Positions 9,035 to 19,313 of a stretch of DNA of 64,000 bases are shown one piece after another. Where the stretch lies: positions 2,112,001 through 2,176,000 of the forward strand of contig CAWJMB010000002.1 in the NCBI GenBank assembly GCA_963843845.1, read 5' to 3'. Both the position numbers and the translations under genes were made by a program. The stretch comes from an uncultured Gemmatimonadaceae bacterium. Lineage in GTDB: Bacteria; Gemmatimonadota; Gemmatimonadetes; Gemmatimonadales; Gemmatimonadaceae. Position 1 is the first letter of the stretch. Each line of letters begins with the position of its first letter. The notes below the pieces were generated by a model. It saw only the letters and a list, made by a program, of their open reading frames with translations, was not told where the DNA came from and did no database searches.

Positions 9035-11344
9035 ATGACGCACGCGACCGTCGCCGTCCCGCAGCCTCGACCCGGCGACCCGGAGATCACGCCGGCGCTC
9101 GTCGCCGAGCACGGCCTCACCCCCGGCGAGTACGAGCGTCTCGTCACCATGCTCGGCCGCACGCCGACGTTCACGGAGCTCGGGGTCGTCAGCGCACTCT
9201 GGAACGAGCACTGCTCGTACAAGCATTCGCGCCCCGTGTTGCGGACCCTCCCGACCGAGGCGCCGTGGGTGCTGCAGGGGCCGGGTGAGAACGCCGGCGT
9301 CATCGCGGTCGGCGACGGGCTCGCTGTCGCGTTCAAGATCGAGTCGCACAACCATCCGTCGGCGGTCGAGCCGTATCAGGGCGCGGCGACCGGGGTCGGC
9401 GGGATTCTGCGCGACGTCTTCACGATGGGCGCGCGGCCGATCGCGCTGCTCGACTCGCTCCGATTCGGGTCGCTCGACCAGCCGCGCGTGCGCTATCTCT
9501 TCGGCGGCGTCGTGAAGGGGATCGGCGACTACGGCAACTGCGTCGGCATCCCGACGGTCGCCGGCGACGTGATGTTCGACCCCGCGTACGAGGGGAATCC
9601 GCTCGTCAACGCGATGTGCGTGGGCGTGATGCAGGAGCACGAGCTGATGCGCGCCGTCGCGCAGGGCGTCGGCAACCCGATTCTCGCCGTCGGAGCCCGT
9701 ACGGGGCGCGACGGCATTCACGGCGCGTCGTTCGCGTCCGAGGAGCTGAGCGAGGCGAGCGAGGCGAAGCGCCCGCGCGTGCAGGTCGGCGACCCGTTCA
9801 CCGAGAAGCTCCTGCTCGAAGCCTCGCTCGAGCTGATTCACTCCGGTCACATCGTCGCCATCCAGGACATGGGCGCGGCCGGCCTGACGTCGTCGTCCGC
9901 AGAGATGGCGGCGCGCGGCGACGTCGGCGTCGTGATCGACACGGCGCGCGTGCCGCAGCGCGAGGCGAACATGACCCCGTACGAGATCCTGCTGAGCGAG
10001 TCGCAGGAGCGGATGCTCGTCGTCGCGAAGCTCGGGCACGAGGCGGACGTGGTGGCGATCCTCGAGAAATGGGACCTCACGGCCGCCGTCATCGGGGAAG
10101 TCATCGCCGAGCCCGTGTATCGTGTCATGGAGGGCGAGACGCTCGTCGCCGAGTTCCCCGGCACGAAGCTCGTCACCGACTGCCCCGTGTACTACCCGGA
10201 GGCACGAGAGAGTGACGCCATCCGCCGCCTGCGCGAGACCGACGTCGACGCGATCGCCGAGCGCGCCGACGAGGCCGATCCGATGTGGACGCTCGAGCAT
10301 CTGCTCGCGTCGCCGACTATCGCGTCGAAGCGGTGGATCTATCGGCAGTACGACCACATGGTGCGCACGAACACGGTCGTCGGGCCCGGCGGCGACGCGG
10401 CCGTGGTACGGCTCCGCGGCACCGACCGCGCGCTCGCGCTGAAGACCGATTGCAATGGCCGCTACGTCTACCTCGATCCGCGCACGGGCGGACAGGCCGC
10501 GGTCGTCGAGGCAGCGCGGAACGTCGCCTGCACCGGGGGTCGTCCCAAGGCGATCACGAACAACCTGAACTTCGGAAGTCCGAAGCGCCCCGAGGTGTTC
10601 TTCCAGTTCCGCGAGGCGGTCGGCGGTATGGGTGAGGCGTGCCGCGCACTGCAGACGCCGGTGACCGGCGGCAATGTGTCGTTCTACAACGAGAGCCCGA
10701 TCAGCTCGGTATACCCGACGCCGGTGGTCGGCATGGTCGGGCTCGTAGAGTCGCTCGCGCACGTCACCCGCGCGACGTTCCGCTCGCCGGGCGATACGGT
10801 CGTCCTGCTCGGGGAGTGCCTCGACGAGCTCGGCGGAAGCGAGTACCTGGCGCGCGTGCACGGCGTGGTCGCCGGCCAGCCGCCACGCGTCGATCTCGAC
10901 GGGGAGCGGCGCCTCGTCGATGCGTTGCTGGCCGCGATCGCCGCGGGCCACGTCAACTCAGCGCACGACTGCAGCGACGGCGGGCTCGCCGTGGCGCTCG
11001 CCGAGTGCTGCATGGCCGATCCCGATGCCCAGACCGGCGCCGACGTCGAGCTCTCTCCGTGGTCGGCGCTGCCGACCCGGACGCTGCTCTTCGGCGAGTC
11101 ACACGGCCGGATCATCGTCTCCACGAGTCGCGCCGAGGCAGTACTGGCCGTCGCGCGCGAGCACGGGGTGCCCGCGCGCTCGATCGGGCACGTGACCGGC
11201 GCCGCGAACGGTCTGACGATCCGGGTGGGCGACGTGGCCCACACGCGTGCGATCGACCGACTCGCGCGCGCCTACCACGATGCGATTCCGTCGATCATGA
11301 ACACCGCCGCGAGCGCGGTGGTGGGCGAGGGAGCAGAGGCCTAA
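9035..11344 (+). CDS. purL: FGAM synthase subunit PurL
   Basis: WNEHCSYKHS, KIESHNHPS, GRDGIHGASFAS, QDMGAAG, SESQERM, HDCSDGG. Confidence 0.97.
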   Translation: MTHATVAVPQPRPGDPEITPALVAEHGLTPGEYERLVTMLGRTPTFTELGVVSALWNEHCSYKHSRPVLRTLPTEAPWVLQGPGENAGVIAVGDGLAVAFKIESHNHPSAVEPYQGAATGVGGILRDVFTMGARPIALLDSLRFGSLDQPRVRYLFGGVVKGIGDYGNCVGIPTVAGDVMFDPAYEGNPLVNAMCVGVMQEHELMRAVAQGVGNPILAVGARTGRDGIHGASFASEELSEASEAKRPRVQVGDPFTEKLLLEASLELIHSGHIVAIQDMGAAGLTSSSAEMAARGDVGVVIDTARVPQREANMTPYEILLSESQERMLVVAKLGHEADVVAILEKWDLTAAVIGEVIAEPVYRVMEGETLVAEFPGTKLVTDCPVYYPEARESDAIRRLRETDVDAIAERADEADPMWTLEHLLASPTIASKRWIYRQYDHMVRTNTVVGPGGDAAVVRLRGTDRALALKTDCNGRYVYLDPRTGGQAAVVEAARNVACTGGRPKAITNNLNFGSPKRPEVFFQFREAVGGMGEACRALQTPVTGGNVSFYNESPISSVYPTPVVGMVGLVESLAHVTRATFRSPGDTVVLLGECLDELGGSEYLARVHGVVAGQPPRVDLDGERRLVDALLAAIAAGHVNSAHDCSDGGLAVALAECCMADPDAQTGADVELSPWSALPTRTLLFGESHGRIIVSTSRAEAVLAVAREHGVPARSIGHVTGAANGLTIRVGDVAHTRAIDRLARAYHDAIPSIMNTAASAVVGEGAEA

Positions 11345-11346
11345 CG

Positions 11347-12729
11347 ATGTGCGGCATCTTCGGAATCCGCGGTCACGCTGACGCCGCGGCGCTCACGCAC
11401 CTGGGCCTCTATTCGCTGCAGCACCGTGGGCAGGAGTCGGCGGGTATCGCCGCCGTCGACGACCTCGGCGTCGCGCACGGCGTGAAGCGCATGGGGCTCG
11501 TGAGCGACGGCCTCAGCAAGGGGGAGATGGGCTCGCTCGCCGGGGCGCTCGCGATCGGGCACACGCGCTACAGCACGGCGGGGTCGTCGACGATCGAGAA
11601 CGCGCAGCCCGTGCTCGCCCGCTCCCGCGGCGGTCACATCGCGCTCGCGCACAACGGCAACCTCACGAACGCGACCGAACTGCGATTCGAGCTCGAGGAG
11701 GGGGGCGCGATCTTCCAGTCGTCGATGGACAGCGAGGTGCTGGTGCACCGCATCGCGCGCTCCAACGCGGCGACACCCATCGAGCGCGTCGCCGAGGCGC
11801 TGCAAGGGGTCGAGGGCGCGTACTGTCTGCTCATCGCGATCGGCGACACGCTCATCGCTGCGCGCGATCCGCGCGGCTGGCGTCCGCTCGTGCTCGGCGA
11901 CCTGAATGGCGCCGCGGTGTTCGCCTCGGAAACGTGTGCGTTCGACATCGTCGGCGCGACGTACGTGCGCGAGGTCGAGCCCGGCGAGGTCCTCGCCATC
12001 ACGCCCGACGGGGTCGTGTCGTCGCGCCCGTTCCCGGCGCGTGCGCTGCACCGCTGCGTCTTCGAGCACGTGTACTTCGCGCGCCCGGACAGCCGCGTCT
12101 TCGGCGGCGTCGTCGACCGCTCGCGGCGCGAACTGGGGCGGCGCCTCGCACGTGAGAGCCCCGCGCCGTCGGCCGACCTCGTGTTCAGCGTCCCCGACAG
12201 CTCGAACTCCGCCGCGCTGGGCTTCGCGGAGGAGGCGGGGATCCCGTTCGAGCTCGCGCTGATCCGGAACCATTACGTCGGCCGCACGTTCATCCAGCCG
12301 ACGCAGGGCGACCGTGACTCGAAGGTGAAGGTCAAGTACAACGCCGTCCGCGACGTGCTCGATGGGCGTAGCGTCGTCATGGTCGACGACTCGATCGTTC
12401 GCGGCACGACGACGCGTGGCCTCGTCGCGATGGTGCGCGCGGCGGGAGCGCGCGAGGTGCACATGCGCGTCAGCTCGGCGCCCATCACGGGGCCGTGCTA
12501 CTACGGGATCGACACGCCGAACCGCGAGGAGCTCATCGCGGCGAACAACTCGGTCGACGAGATCGCGGCACACATCGGCGTCGACTCGTTAGGCTACCTG
12601 TCGCTCGACGGGATGCTGCAGTCCGTGCCCAACGGTCCTCAGGGTTTCTGCCATGCATGCTTCTCAGGGGACTACCCCACCCCGCCGCCCACCGACCCCG
12701 ACAAGCTCCGGTTCGGGTGTGGATGTTGA
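11347..12729 (+). CDS. purF: Amidophosphoribosyltransferase (Fe-S type)
   Basis: MCGIFG N-terminus, QHRGQE, GHTRYST, HNGN, PRPP motif VDDSIVRGTT, PCYYGID, FCHACF. Confidence 0.97.
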   Translation: MCGIFGIRGHADAAALTHLGLYSLQHRGQESAGIAAVDDLGVAHGVKRMGLVSDGLSKGEMGSLAGALAIGHTRYSTAGSSTIENAQPVLARSRGGHIALAHNGNLTNATELRFELEEGGAIFQSSMDSEVLVHRIARSNAATPIERVAEALQGVEGAYCLLIAIGDTLIAARDPRGWRPLVLGDLNGAAVFASETCAFDIVGATYVREVEPGEVLAITPDGVVSSRPFPARALHRCVFEHVYFARPDSRVFGGVVDRSRRELGRRLARESPAPSADLVFSVPDSSNSAALGFAEEAGIPFELALIRNHYVGRTFIQPTQGDRDSKVKVKYNAVRDVLDGRSVVMVDDSIVRGTTTRGLVAMVRAAGAREVHMRVSSAPITGPCYYGIDTPNREELIAANNSVDEIAAHIGVDSLGYLSLDGMLQSVPNGPQGFCHACFSGDYPTPPPTDPDKLRFGCGC

Positions 12730-12730
12730 G

Positions 12731-15490
12731 GTGACCGACGAGCCTCGTGACGCCGCGCTCGACGCCGGTCGCGGAGGCTCCGACGACCGGGTCCCGCTCC
12801 CTGGGTCCCGGATGGTGTATTTCTTCGGCGCCGGCGCCGCCGAAGGAACGAAGGAGATGCGTGCGGAGCTCGGCGGCAAGGGCGCGAACCTCGCCGAGAT
12901 GACGAACCTTGGCGTGCCGGTGCCGCCGGGGTTCACGATCGCCTGCGCGGCGTGCATGACGTACCTGCGCGAGCGTACGGTGCCGCAGGCACTGCGAAGC
13001 GAGGTCACCGCCGCGATGCAGCGGCTGGAAGCGACGACCGGAAAGCGCTTCGGTGATTCCGAGCGTCCGCTGCTCGTCTCCGTGCGCTCCGGCGCGGCCG
13101 TGTCGATGCCGGGCATGATGGAGACGATCCTGAACCTCGGGCTGAACGACCACGCGGTGGACGCGCTCGCACGGCAGAGCGGTAACGCGCGGTTCGCGTA
13201 CGACTCGTACCGGCGCTTCATCCAGATGTACGGCGACGTGGTGTTGGGCGTGCCCGCGTCCCGCTTCGAGCAACTGCTCGCCGCGAAGCGGCTGACGGCG
13301 AATGTCGAGACCGACGCCGAGCTGTCGGAGACGGTCCTGCGGACGCTCGTCGACGAGTACAAGGCCCTCGTCCGCAACACGACGCACGCCGAGTTCCCGA
13401 ACGACCCGACGGTGCAGCTGTGGGGCGCCGTCGAGGCGGTGTGGCGCTCGTGGACGTTGAAGAAAGCGATCGACTACCGCCGCGTGAACGCGATCCCCGA
13501 CGACCTCGGCACCGGCGTGAACGTCGTCTCGATGGTCTTCGGCAACATGGGCGACGACTCCGGCACCGGCGTCGCGTTCACGCGCGACCCCTCGACCGGC
13601 GAGCGGAAGTTCTACGGCGAGTTCCTCGTCAACGCGCAGGGCGAGGACGTCGTCGCGGGCATCCGCACACCCCTCGACATCGCCGAGATGGCGGTACGGC
13701 TCCCGACGGCGTACACGGAGCTGCTGGAGACGCAGCGACGGCTCGAGCAGCACTTCCGCGAGATGCAGGACATCGAGTTCACGGTCGAGCGCGGGAAGCT
13801 CTATCTCCTGCAGACGCGCACGGGGAAGCGCGCCGCCGCCGCCGCCGTGCGCATCGCCGACGACATGGTCGGCGAGGGGCTGATCTCGCGCGAGGAGGCC
13901 GTGCGGCGCGTCCAGCCCGCGCAGCTCGACCAGCTGCTGCACCCGATCATCGACCCGGGCGTGCGCGCGGTGCCGATCGCCACCGGCCTCCCGGCGAGTC
14001 CCGGTGCGGCGAGCGGCGTCGCCGTGTTCGATCCGGACATCGCCGAGCAGCGCGCGGCGGCTGGCGACGCGGTCGTGCTGGTGCGTGAGGAGACGACGCC
14101 CGAGGACTTCCACGGCATCGTCGCCGCGCGCGCGGTGCTCACGGCACGCGGGGGCATGACGAGCCACGCGGCCGTGGTGGCGCGCGGAATGGGCAAGTGC
14201 GCGATCGTCGGCTGCAAGGAGATCCGCGTCGACGCGGAGCACCGTCGCTTCACGGCCGGCGCGACGACGATCCACGAAGGCGAGTGGATCACGCTGGACG
14301 GCGCGACGGGACGGGTCTTCGCCGGTCAGCTCCCGACCGTCCCGAGCGAGATCGTGCGCGTCGTCGCCGGGCAGCTCGATGCGCGGCAGGCGCCGACGTA
14401 TCGCGCGTTCGCAGACGTGTTGGGCTGGGGCGACGAAATGCGCCGGCTGCGGGTGCGCGCGAACGCCGACACGCCCAAGGACGCCCGGATCGCGCGCGCG
14501 TTCGGCGCCGAAGGCATCGGGCTCTGTCGCACCGAGCACATGTTCTTCGAGGGCGATCGCATCACCGCGATGCGCGAGATGATCGTCGCACGCGACGAGG
14601 GCGGGCGCCGCCGGGCACTCGCCAAGCTGCTGCCGATGCAGCGCGCCGACTTCGAGGGGATCTTCGAGGCGATGGACGGCTACCCGGTGACCATTCGCCT
14701 CCTCGACCCGCCGCTCCACGAGTTCCTGCCGCACGGCGGCGAGGAATCGAAGATGCTGGCGCGCACGTTGGGCATCCCGCGCGAGCAGCTGAACCGTATC
14801 GTCGACGATCTCCGCGAATCGAACCCGATGCTCGGCCACCGCGGCTGCCGGCTCGGCGTGACATACCCGGAGATCACCGAGATGCAGGCGCGAGCGATCT
14901 TCGAGGCGGCCGTCCGCGCCACGCGTCGCGGGATCGACGTGCGACCGGAGATCATGATCCCGCTCGTCGCGACCGTGCGCGAGTTCGATCATCAGCGCGC
15001 GATCGTCGTGCGCGTAGCGAACGACGTCCTCGGCGCGATGGGCGTGTCGGTCGATTACCTCGTCGGCACGATGATCGAGCTCCCGCGCGCGGCGCTGACC
15101 GCCGACGAGATCGCCGTGACCGCCGAGTTCTTCTCCTTCGGAACGAACGATCTGACGCAGACGGTCCTCGGCCTCTCGCGCGACGACGCGGGACGCTTCC
15201 TGCCGACTTACGTCGAGCAGGGAATCCTTCCCGACGACCCGTTCCAGGTGCTCGACGAGGCCGGCGTCGGCAAGCTCATTCGCCGCGCCGTCTACGACGG
15301 CCGAGCGGTGCGCGACACTCTCAAGGTCGGCGTGTGCGGCGAGCACGGCGGCGAGCCGAAGTCAGTTCGGTTCTTTCACCGCAGCGGCTTCGATTACGTC
15401 TCGTGCTCGCCGTTCCGCGTCCCGGTCGCGCGGCTCGCCGCGGCACACGCGGCGCTCGACGGCGCGCCGGTGGTCGGACGCAGCGCGTGA
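12731..15490 (+). CDS. ppdK: Pyruvate, phosphate dikinase
   Basis: LGGKGANLAEM, SVRSGA..SMPGMM, GGMTSHAAVVARG, GIGLCRTEHMF, FSFGTNDL, CGEHGG; start uncertain (GTG 12731 or ATG 12812). Confidence 0.96.
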   Translation: MTDEPRDAALDAGRGGSDDRVPLPGSRMVYFFGAGAAEGTKEMRAELGGKGANLAEMTNLGVPVPPGFTIACAACMTYLRERTVPQALRSEVTAAMQRLEATTGKRFGDSERPLLVSVRSGAAVSMPGMMETILNLGLNDHAVDALARQSGNARFAYDSYRRFIQMYGDVVLGVPASRFEQLLAAKRLTANVETDAELSETVLRTLVDEYKALVRNTTHAEFPNDPTVQLWGAVEAVWRSWTLKKAIDYRRVNAIPDDLGTGVNVVSMVFGNMGDDSGTGVAFTRDPSTGERKFYGEFLVNAQGEDVVAGIRTPLDIAEMAVRLPTAYTELLETQRRLEQHFREMQDIEFTVERGKLYLLQTRTGKRAAAAAVRIADDMVGEGLISREEAVRRVQPAQLDQLLHPIIDPGVRAVPIATGLPASPGAASGVAVFDPDIAEQRAAAGDAVVLVREETTPEDFHGIVAARAVLTARGGMTSHAAVVARGMGKCAIVGCKEIRVDAEHRRFTAGATTIHEGEWITLDGATGRVFAGQLPTVPSEIVRVVAGQLDARQAPTYRAFADVLGWGDEMRRLRVRANADTPKDARIARAFGAEGIGLCRTEHMFFEGDRITAMREMIVARDEGGRRRALAKLLPMQRADFEGIFEAMDGYPVTIRLLDPPLHEFLPHGGEESKMLARTLGIPREQLNRIVDDLRESNPMLGHRGCRLGVTYPEITEMQARAIFEAAVRATRRGIDVRPEIMIPLVATVREFDHQRAIVVRVANDVLGAMGVSVDYLVGTMIELPRAALTADEIAVTAEFFSFGTNDLTQTVLGLSRDDAGRFLPTYVEQGILPDDPFQVLDEAGVGKLIRRAVYDGRAVRDTLKVGVCGEHGGEPKSVRFFHRSGFDYVSCSPFRVPVARLAAAHAALDGAPVVGRSA

Positions 15491-15532
15491 AAACGAACGC
15501 GGGCGGCTCAGATGCTGAGCCGCCCGCGTTCG
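15490..15532 (-). terminator. Intrinsic terminator of ssrA, likely also ending the convergent ppdK transcript
   Basis: 18-bp perfect stem cgaacgcgggcggctcag-atg-ctgagccgcccgcgttcg followed by TTTT on the minus strand. Confidence 0.8.
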
Positions 15533-15535
15533 CGA

Positions 15536-15891
15536 TGGAGGTGAGGGGAGTCGAACCCCTGTCCGAGACTAGATCGACCACGGTCTCTACGTGCGTATCC
15601 TGTCGATTGGTGTTCCCGACGGCTGGCCGACAGGCCGCCTACCGGCAGGTGAGCCTCCTAGAATTTCGCCCGCCGCCGGGAGACACACCGACGGGCTAGC
15701 CCAGATTTCCGATACTCACGCACCGCCCCGGGCGGGCTGCGACGTGAGCACTGCTACGTAACCCTTACAGGTTAGGCAGCGAGAGCCAGGTTGTTGTTGG
15801 CAGTTGGATTTTTCCCGAGTGTTTTACCAGGACTCAGGACCTGAGCACGCAACCACGGCTTCACCAACCCCGTCGAAGCCAGGTCACCCCC
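15536..15891 (-). ncRNA. ssrA: tmRNA; tag peptide ANNNLALAA* (15801-15772)
   Basis: 5' GGGGGTG pairs with 3' CACCTCC-A including the G3.U alanyl identity pair; T-arm GGGGTTCGACTCCCC; resume codon GCC after AAAAATCCAACT; CCA not encoded. Confidence 0.97.
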
Positions 15892-15920
15892 GTGCACTGC
15901 AATCTAGCGCGTTCGGCGCT

Positions 15921-16912
15921 TCATGCCACCGCCGGCTCGTACGTCGCCAGGTAGCGCTCGAAAATCCCCTCGACTTCCCCGAAGGTGCTGACGGCGTGCA
16001 GCTCCTTTCTGAGCTCGCCGGAGTTCGGCAACCCCTTCGCGTACCAGCCGAGGTGTTTGCGGAATTCGATCGCCGCGCCGCGCGGATCGGTCTCGTAGGC
16101 CTCGACCATGCGCGCGTGCTCCACGGCGATCGCGAACCGCTCGGCCACGCCTGGCGTCGCCGGGACGGGCGCGCCGGCCAGCATCGCCGTCGCCTGCGCG
16201 AAGATCCACGGCTGTCCGTACGACCCTCGGCCGATCATCACCGCCGCGCAGTTCGTCATCCGGTGCATGCGAACGACGTCGTCGGGCGTCTTGATGTCGC
16301 CGTTGCCGATCACCGGCACGTCGAGCGCTTCGACGACGGCCGCGATCTCCTCCCATCGGGCGTGGCCGGTGTACATCTGCGTGCGCGTCCGGGCGTGAAG
16401 CGTGAACGCGCGCGCGCCAGCGTCCTGCATGCGCAGCGCGATGCCGACCGGATCGCGCGTCTCCTCGTTCCAGCCGCTGCGCATCTTCACCGTCACCGGC
16501 AGGTGCGTGCTGCGCACGACCGCGCGGATGATCTCCTCGACGAGCGCCAGGTCCTTCAGGCACCCCGAGCCGCCGTTGCGCTGCACGACTTTCTTGACCG
16601 GGCAGCCGAAGTTGATGTCGATGAACTCCGGCTGGAACACGTCCGTCACCAGCGCCGCGGCCTCCCCCATGGCGACCGCGGATCGGCGCCGAAGATCTGC
16701 ACGCCGATCGGCCGCTCATCGGCGCCGAAACGCAGCTTCTCGACCGTGGCCGGATTCTCGCGACGAATACCCTCCGCCGACAGAAACTCCGTCACGACGA
16801 CGTCCGCTCCGTGGCGACGGCAGAGCCGACGGAACGGCGACTCCGACACCCCGGCCATCGGTGCCAGATAGAGCGGCACCCGGGCGGCGACAGGGAACGG
16901 AAAGCTGGGCAT
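15921..16912 (-). CDS. dusB: tRNA-dihydrouridine synthase DusB (frameshift near 16675)
   Basis: LAPMAGVS, QIFGADP / IDINFGCPVKKV, TVKMRSGW, HART, GNGDI, MIGRG. Confidence 0.92.
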
Positions 16913-16977
16913 CCCGAAACGTATCCCAAGCGCCAACTCGCTGCAATGTCACGAGTTAGCACATGTCGGCCGGCGCC

Positions 16978-17006
16978 TTGCCGGGCGTTCCGCGCGCGGG
17001 TAGCTT
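16978..17006 (+). promoter_or_regulatory. Putative sigma70 promoter for the PTS IIA gene
   Basis: TTGCCG-17 bp-TAGCTT, 27 bp upstream of ATG 17034. Confidence 0.45.
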
Positions 17007-17033
17007 CGGTCGATCTATCTCCAGAGGACGTCG

Positions 17034-17487
17034 ATGGAATTGCGCGAGTTTTTTTCCGAGGACGCTGTTCAGCTCGACCTCGCAGGCACGACCAAGGACG
17101 ACATCCTCAAGGAACTCATCGGGCTCCTCAAGCTCGACGAGAAGTCGGAGGGGATGCTGTTCAAGATGCTCAAGCGCCGCGAGAACCTCGGCTCGACGGG
17201 GATCGGGCGTGGGATCGCGATTCCGCACTGCCGATCGCTGGTCGTGAACAAGCTGCGCGTCGCGTTCGGACGCAAGCCGGACGGGGTCGACTTCAAGGCG
17301 ATCGACGAGAAGCCCGTCAACTTCTTCTTCCTCATCGTCGCGCCGCCGCTCGAAGTCTCGAATCAGTATCTGCCGGTCCTCGGCAAGATCGCGCAGTTCA
17401 GCAAGGAGCCCGACGTGCCGGCGCGGCTGCTGTCGATCGGCGAGCCGCGCGAGTTCATGGACGCTGCTGCGAGAGAAGGGCGTCTGA
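17034..17487 (+). CDS. PTS IIA (PtsN/fructose-type) domain protein; extra G near 17460 shifts the C-terminus
   Basis: RENLGSTGIGRGIAIPHCR with the phospho-His, GVDFKAIDEKPVNFFFLI; corrected end EFMTLLREKGV-TGA at 17485-17487. Confidence 0.88.
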
Positions 17488-17503
17488 CGCCGCGACCGCG
17501 GGC

Positions 17504-18017
17504 TCACCCCCGCAGCACGACGAGGAGACCGAGCCCCGGCACCGCGCACACGGCGAGGACCGCGAACGCCAGGTTCATCCCCCGCACCCCCACCGACGCC
17601 CCGAACGTCGCACGGGCCGCGAACACGGGGATCCGTAGCGCGAAGAGCGCGGCGAGCAGCGCGAAGGCGAACGCGTGGACGTGGAGCGCGAACGTGAGGT
17701 GCGCCGGATACCGCCGGCGCGCGCCGGACGGAACGCCGAACCGGAACGCCGCGAGGACGAGCGACACGTAGGCGGGGACGAGCAGGAAGACCGCCTGCGG
17801 CAGCGCGTTCGTCACCGCGCGCTCGAGACGGGCGTGAGCTTCCCCCCCCTCGCGCGTCGACTGATGAGCCGGCGCTGGATGGCGCCGCGCCGCAGTTCGC
17901 GCACGCGCCTCGACGCGGCGGGTTCGGCCCGGCTTCCGGGTCGGCCGGCAGCGCGGCCGCGTCACCCGACCGAGCCGGCGCCGCGAAGCGGCGTGGTCCC
18001 GTCGTCTCGTGGGTCAT
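17504..18017 (-). pseudogene. Truncated DUF3667-like membrane protein remnant
   Basis: N-terminal CANCGA in one frame. After a G8 run (17842-17849) a second frame gives ALPQAVFLLVPAY...RRRYPAHLTFALHVHAF. The central part of the family appears absent. Confidence 0.5.
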
Positions 18018-18055
18018 GGGGGACGAAGCGCGGATGTGCGTCCGACCACAGACGC

Positions 18056-19303
18056 CTAACGCGTCGTCGCGTCGGCGGGGGCGCCACGCCCGGCGGCCTG
18101 CCCCGCGGCGCGTCCCGTGGTCCACGCCCAGAAGAAGTTGTAGCCGCCGATCGGGCCGAACGCGTCGAGGATCTCACCGCACAGGAACAGCCCCGGGCAC
18201 ACGCGGCTCTCGAGGGTGCGGGGATTCACGTCGGCGAGGCGCACGCCTCCTCCAGTGACCTCGGCCTTCTTGTACCCCTCGTCGCCGCTCCAGGGCAGCT
18301 CGCCGCGCACGAGCGTGTCGACCAGCCGCCGGCGCTCGTCGCGCGAGAGTTCGGCGAGCAGTCGCGACGGGTCGACGCGCGCGACGTCCAGCAGCGTGGA
18401 CGCGAGTCGGTCGGGCAGCTCGGCGCGTACGGCCGCGGCCACGGTGCGCGACCCCCTCGGGCGGAGCAGCGCCTCCCACGCATCGTCGTCGTGGGGCGTC
18501 CACCGAGCGGTGATGCGGGCCTCGTGCATCGCCCCTTCCCCGCGTGCGCGGACGACGACGTGCGACACATCGAGCACCGCCGGCCCGCTGTAGCCGCGGT
18601 GCGTGAAGAGGAACCCGCCCGTCGCGGTCGCCGTCCGTGCTGCCGAGCGCGCGGTGAGCTGCACGCGGAGCGACACGCCGGCGAGCGTCGCGAAGGGTGC
18701 GGGTTCGGCCGTGACCGGTGTGAGGGCGGCGTAGGTCGGGTGGACCGCGTGCCCCAGCCGCTCGAGGATGCGGAGTCCCGTGCCGTCGCTCCCGGTGTTC
18801 GGCACGGAGAGGCCGCCGGTCGCCACGACGACCGCGTCGGCGTCGATCGGTGGCGCGCCGTCGAGCACGACCTCCCACCGCGCACCGACCGGCACGAGAT
18901 CGACGACGCGGGCCTCGGTGAGGACTCGCGCGCCGCGCCGGCGTGCGAGCGAGAGCAGCCCGTCGCGCACGTCGCGCGCGCGGTTCGACGCCGGAAACAG
19001 CTTCGCCGACTCCGTCTCCTCGGCGAGCGGCACGCCGACCTCCCGCTCGAAGAACGCGATCTGCTCGGGGAGCGGCCACGCGCGCACCATCTTGCGCAGC
19101 GTGTTCGGCGACGAGTCGGTGAGGAACCGCGTCTCGTCGACCCGGGCGGGGAGCACGTTGCACCGCCCGCCCCCGCTGATGAGGATCTTGCGGCCGCCGT
19201 CGCGCGTGCGCTCCACGAGCAGCGTTTCCGCTCCGGCCTCGGCGGCGAAGATCGCGGCCGTGGTCCCGGCGGCCCCGGCACCGACGACGACGACGCGCGT
19301 CAT
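18056..19303 (-). CDS. HI0933/BaiN-family flavoprotein
   Basis: VVGAGAAG, GRKILISGGGRCN, ATGGLSVP.TGSDG, LFTHRGYSGP, AEVTGGGV, GEILD..GPIGGYNF. Confidence 0.93.
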   Translation of the reverse strand: MTRVVVVGAGAAGTTAAIFAAEAGAETLLVERTRDGGRKILISGGGRCNVLPARVDETRFLTDSSPNTLRKMVRAWPLPEQIAFFEREVGVPLAEETESAKLFPASNRARDVRDGLLSLARRRGARVLTEARVVDLVPVGARWEVVLDGAPPIDADAVVVATGGLSVPNTGSDGTGLRILERLGHAVHPTYAALTPVTAEPAPFATLAGVSLRVQLTARSAARTATATGGFLFTHRGYSGPAVLDVSHVVVRARGEGAMHEARITARWTPHDDDAWEALLRPRGSRTVAAAVRAELPDRLASTLLDVARVDPSRLLAELSRDERRRLVDTLVRGELPWSGDEGYKKAEVTGGGVRLADVNPRTLESRVCPGLFLCGEILDAFGPIGGYNFFWAWTTGRAAGQAAGRGAPADATTR

Positions 19304-19313
19304 CGCGCCGCCG

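Noticed and set aside
15490..15540. Genomic island integrated at the ssrA 3' end
   Set aside because: No direct repeat of the tmRNA end, no integrase; ppdK abuts the terminator
15536..15570. A tRNA gene
   Set aside because: The T-arm and acceptor belong to the tmRNA tRNA-like domain; there is no anticodon arm
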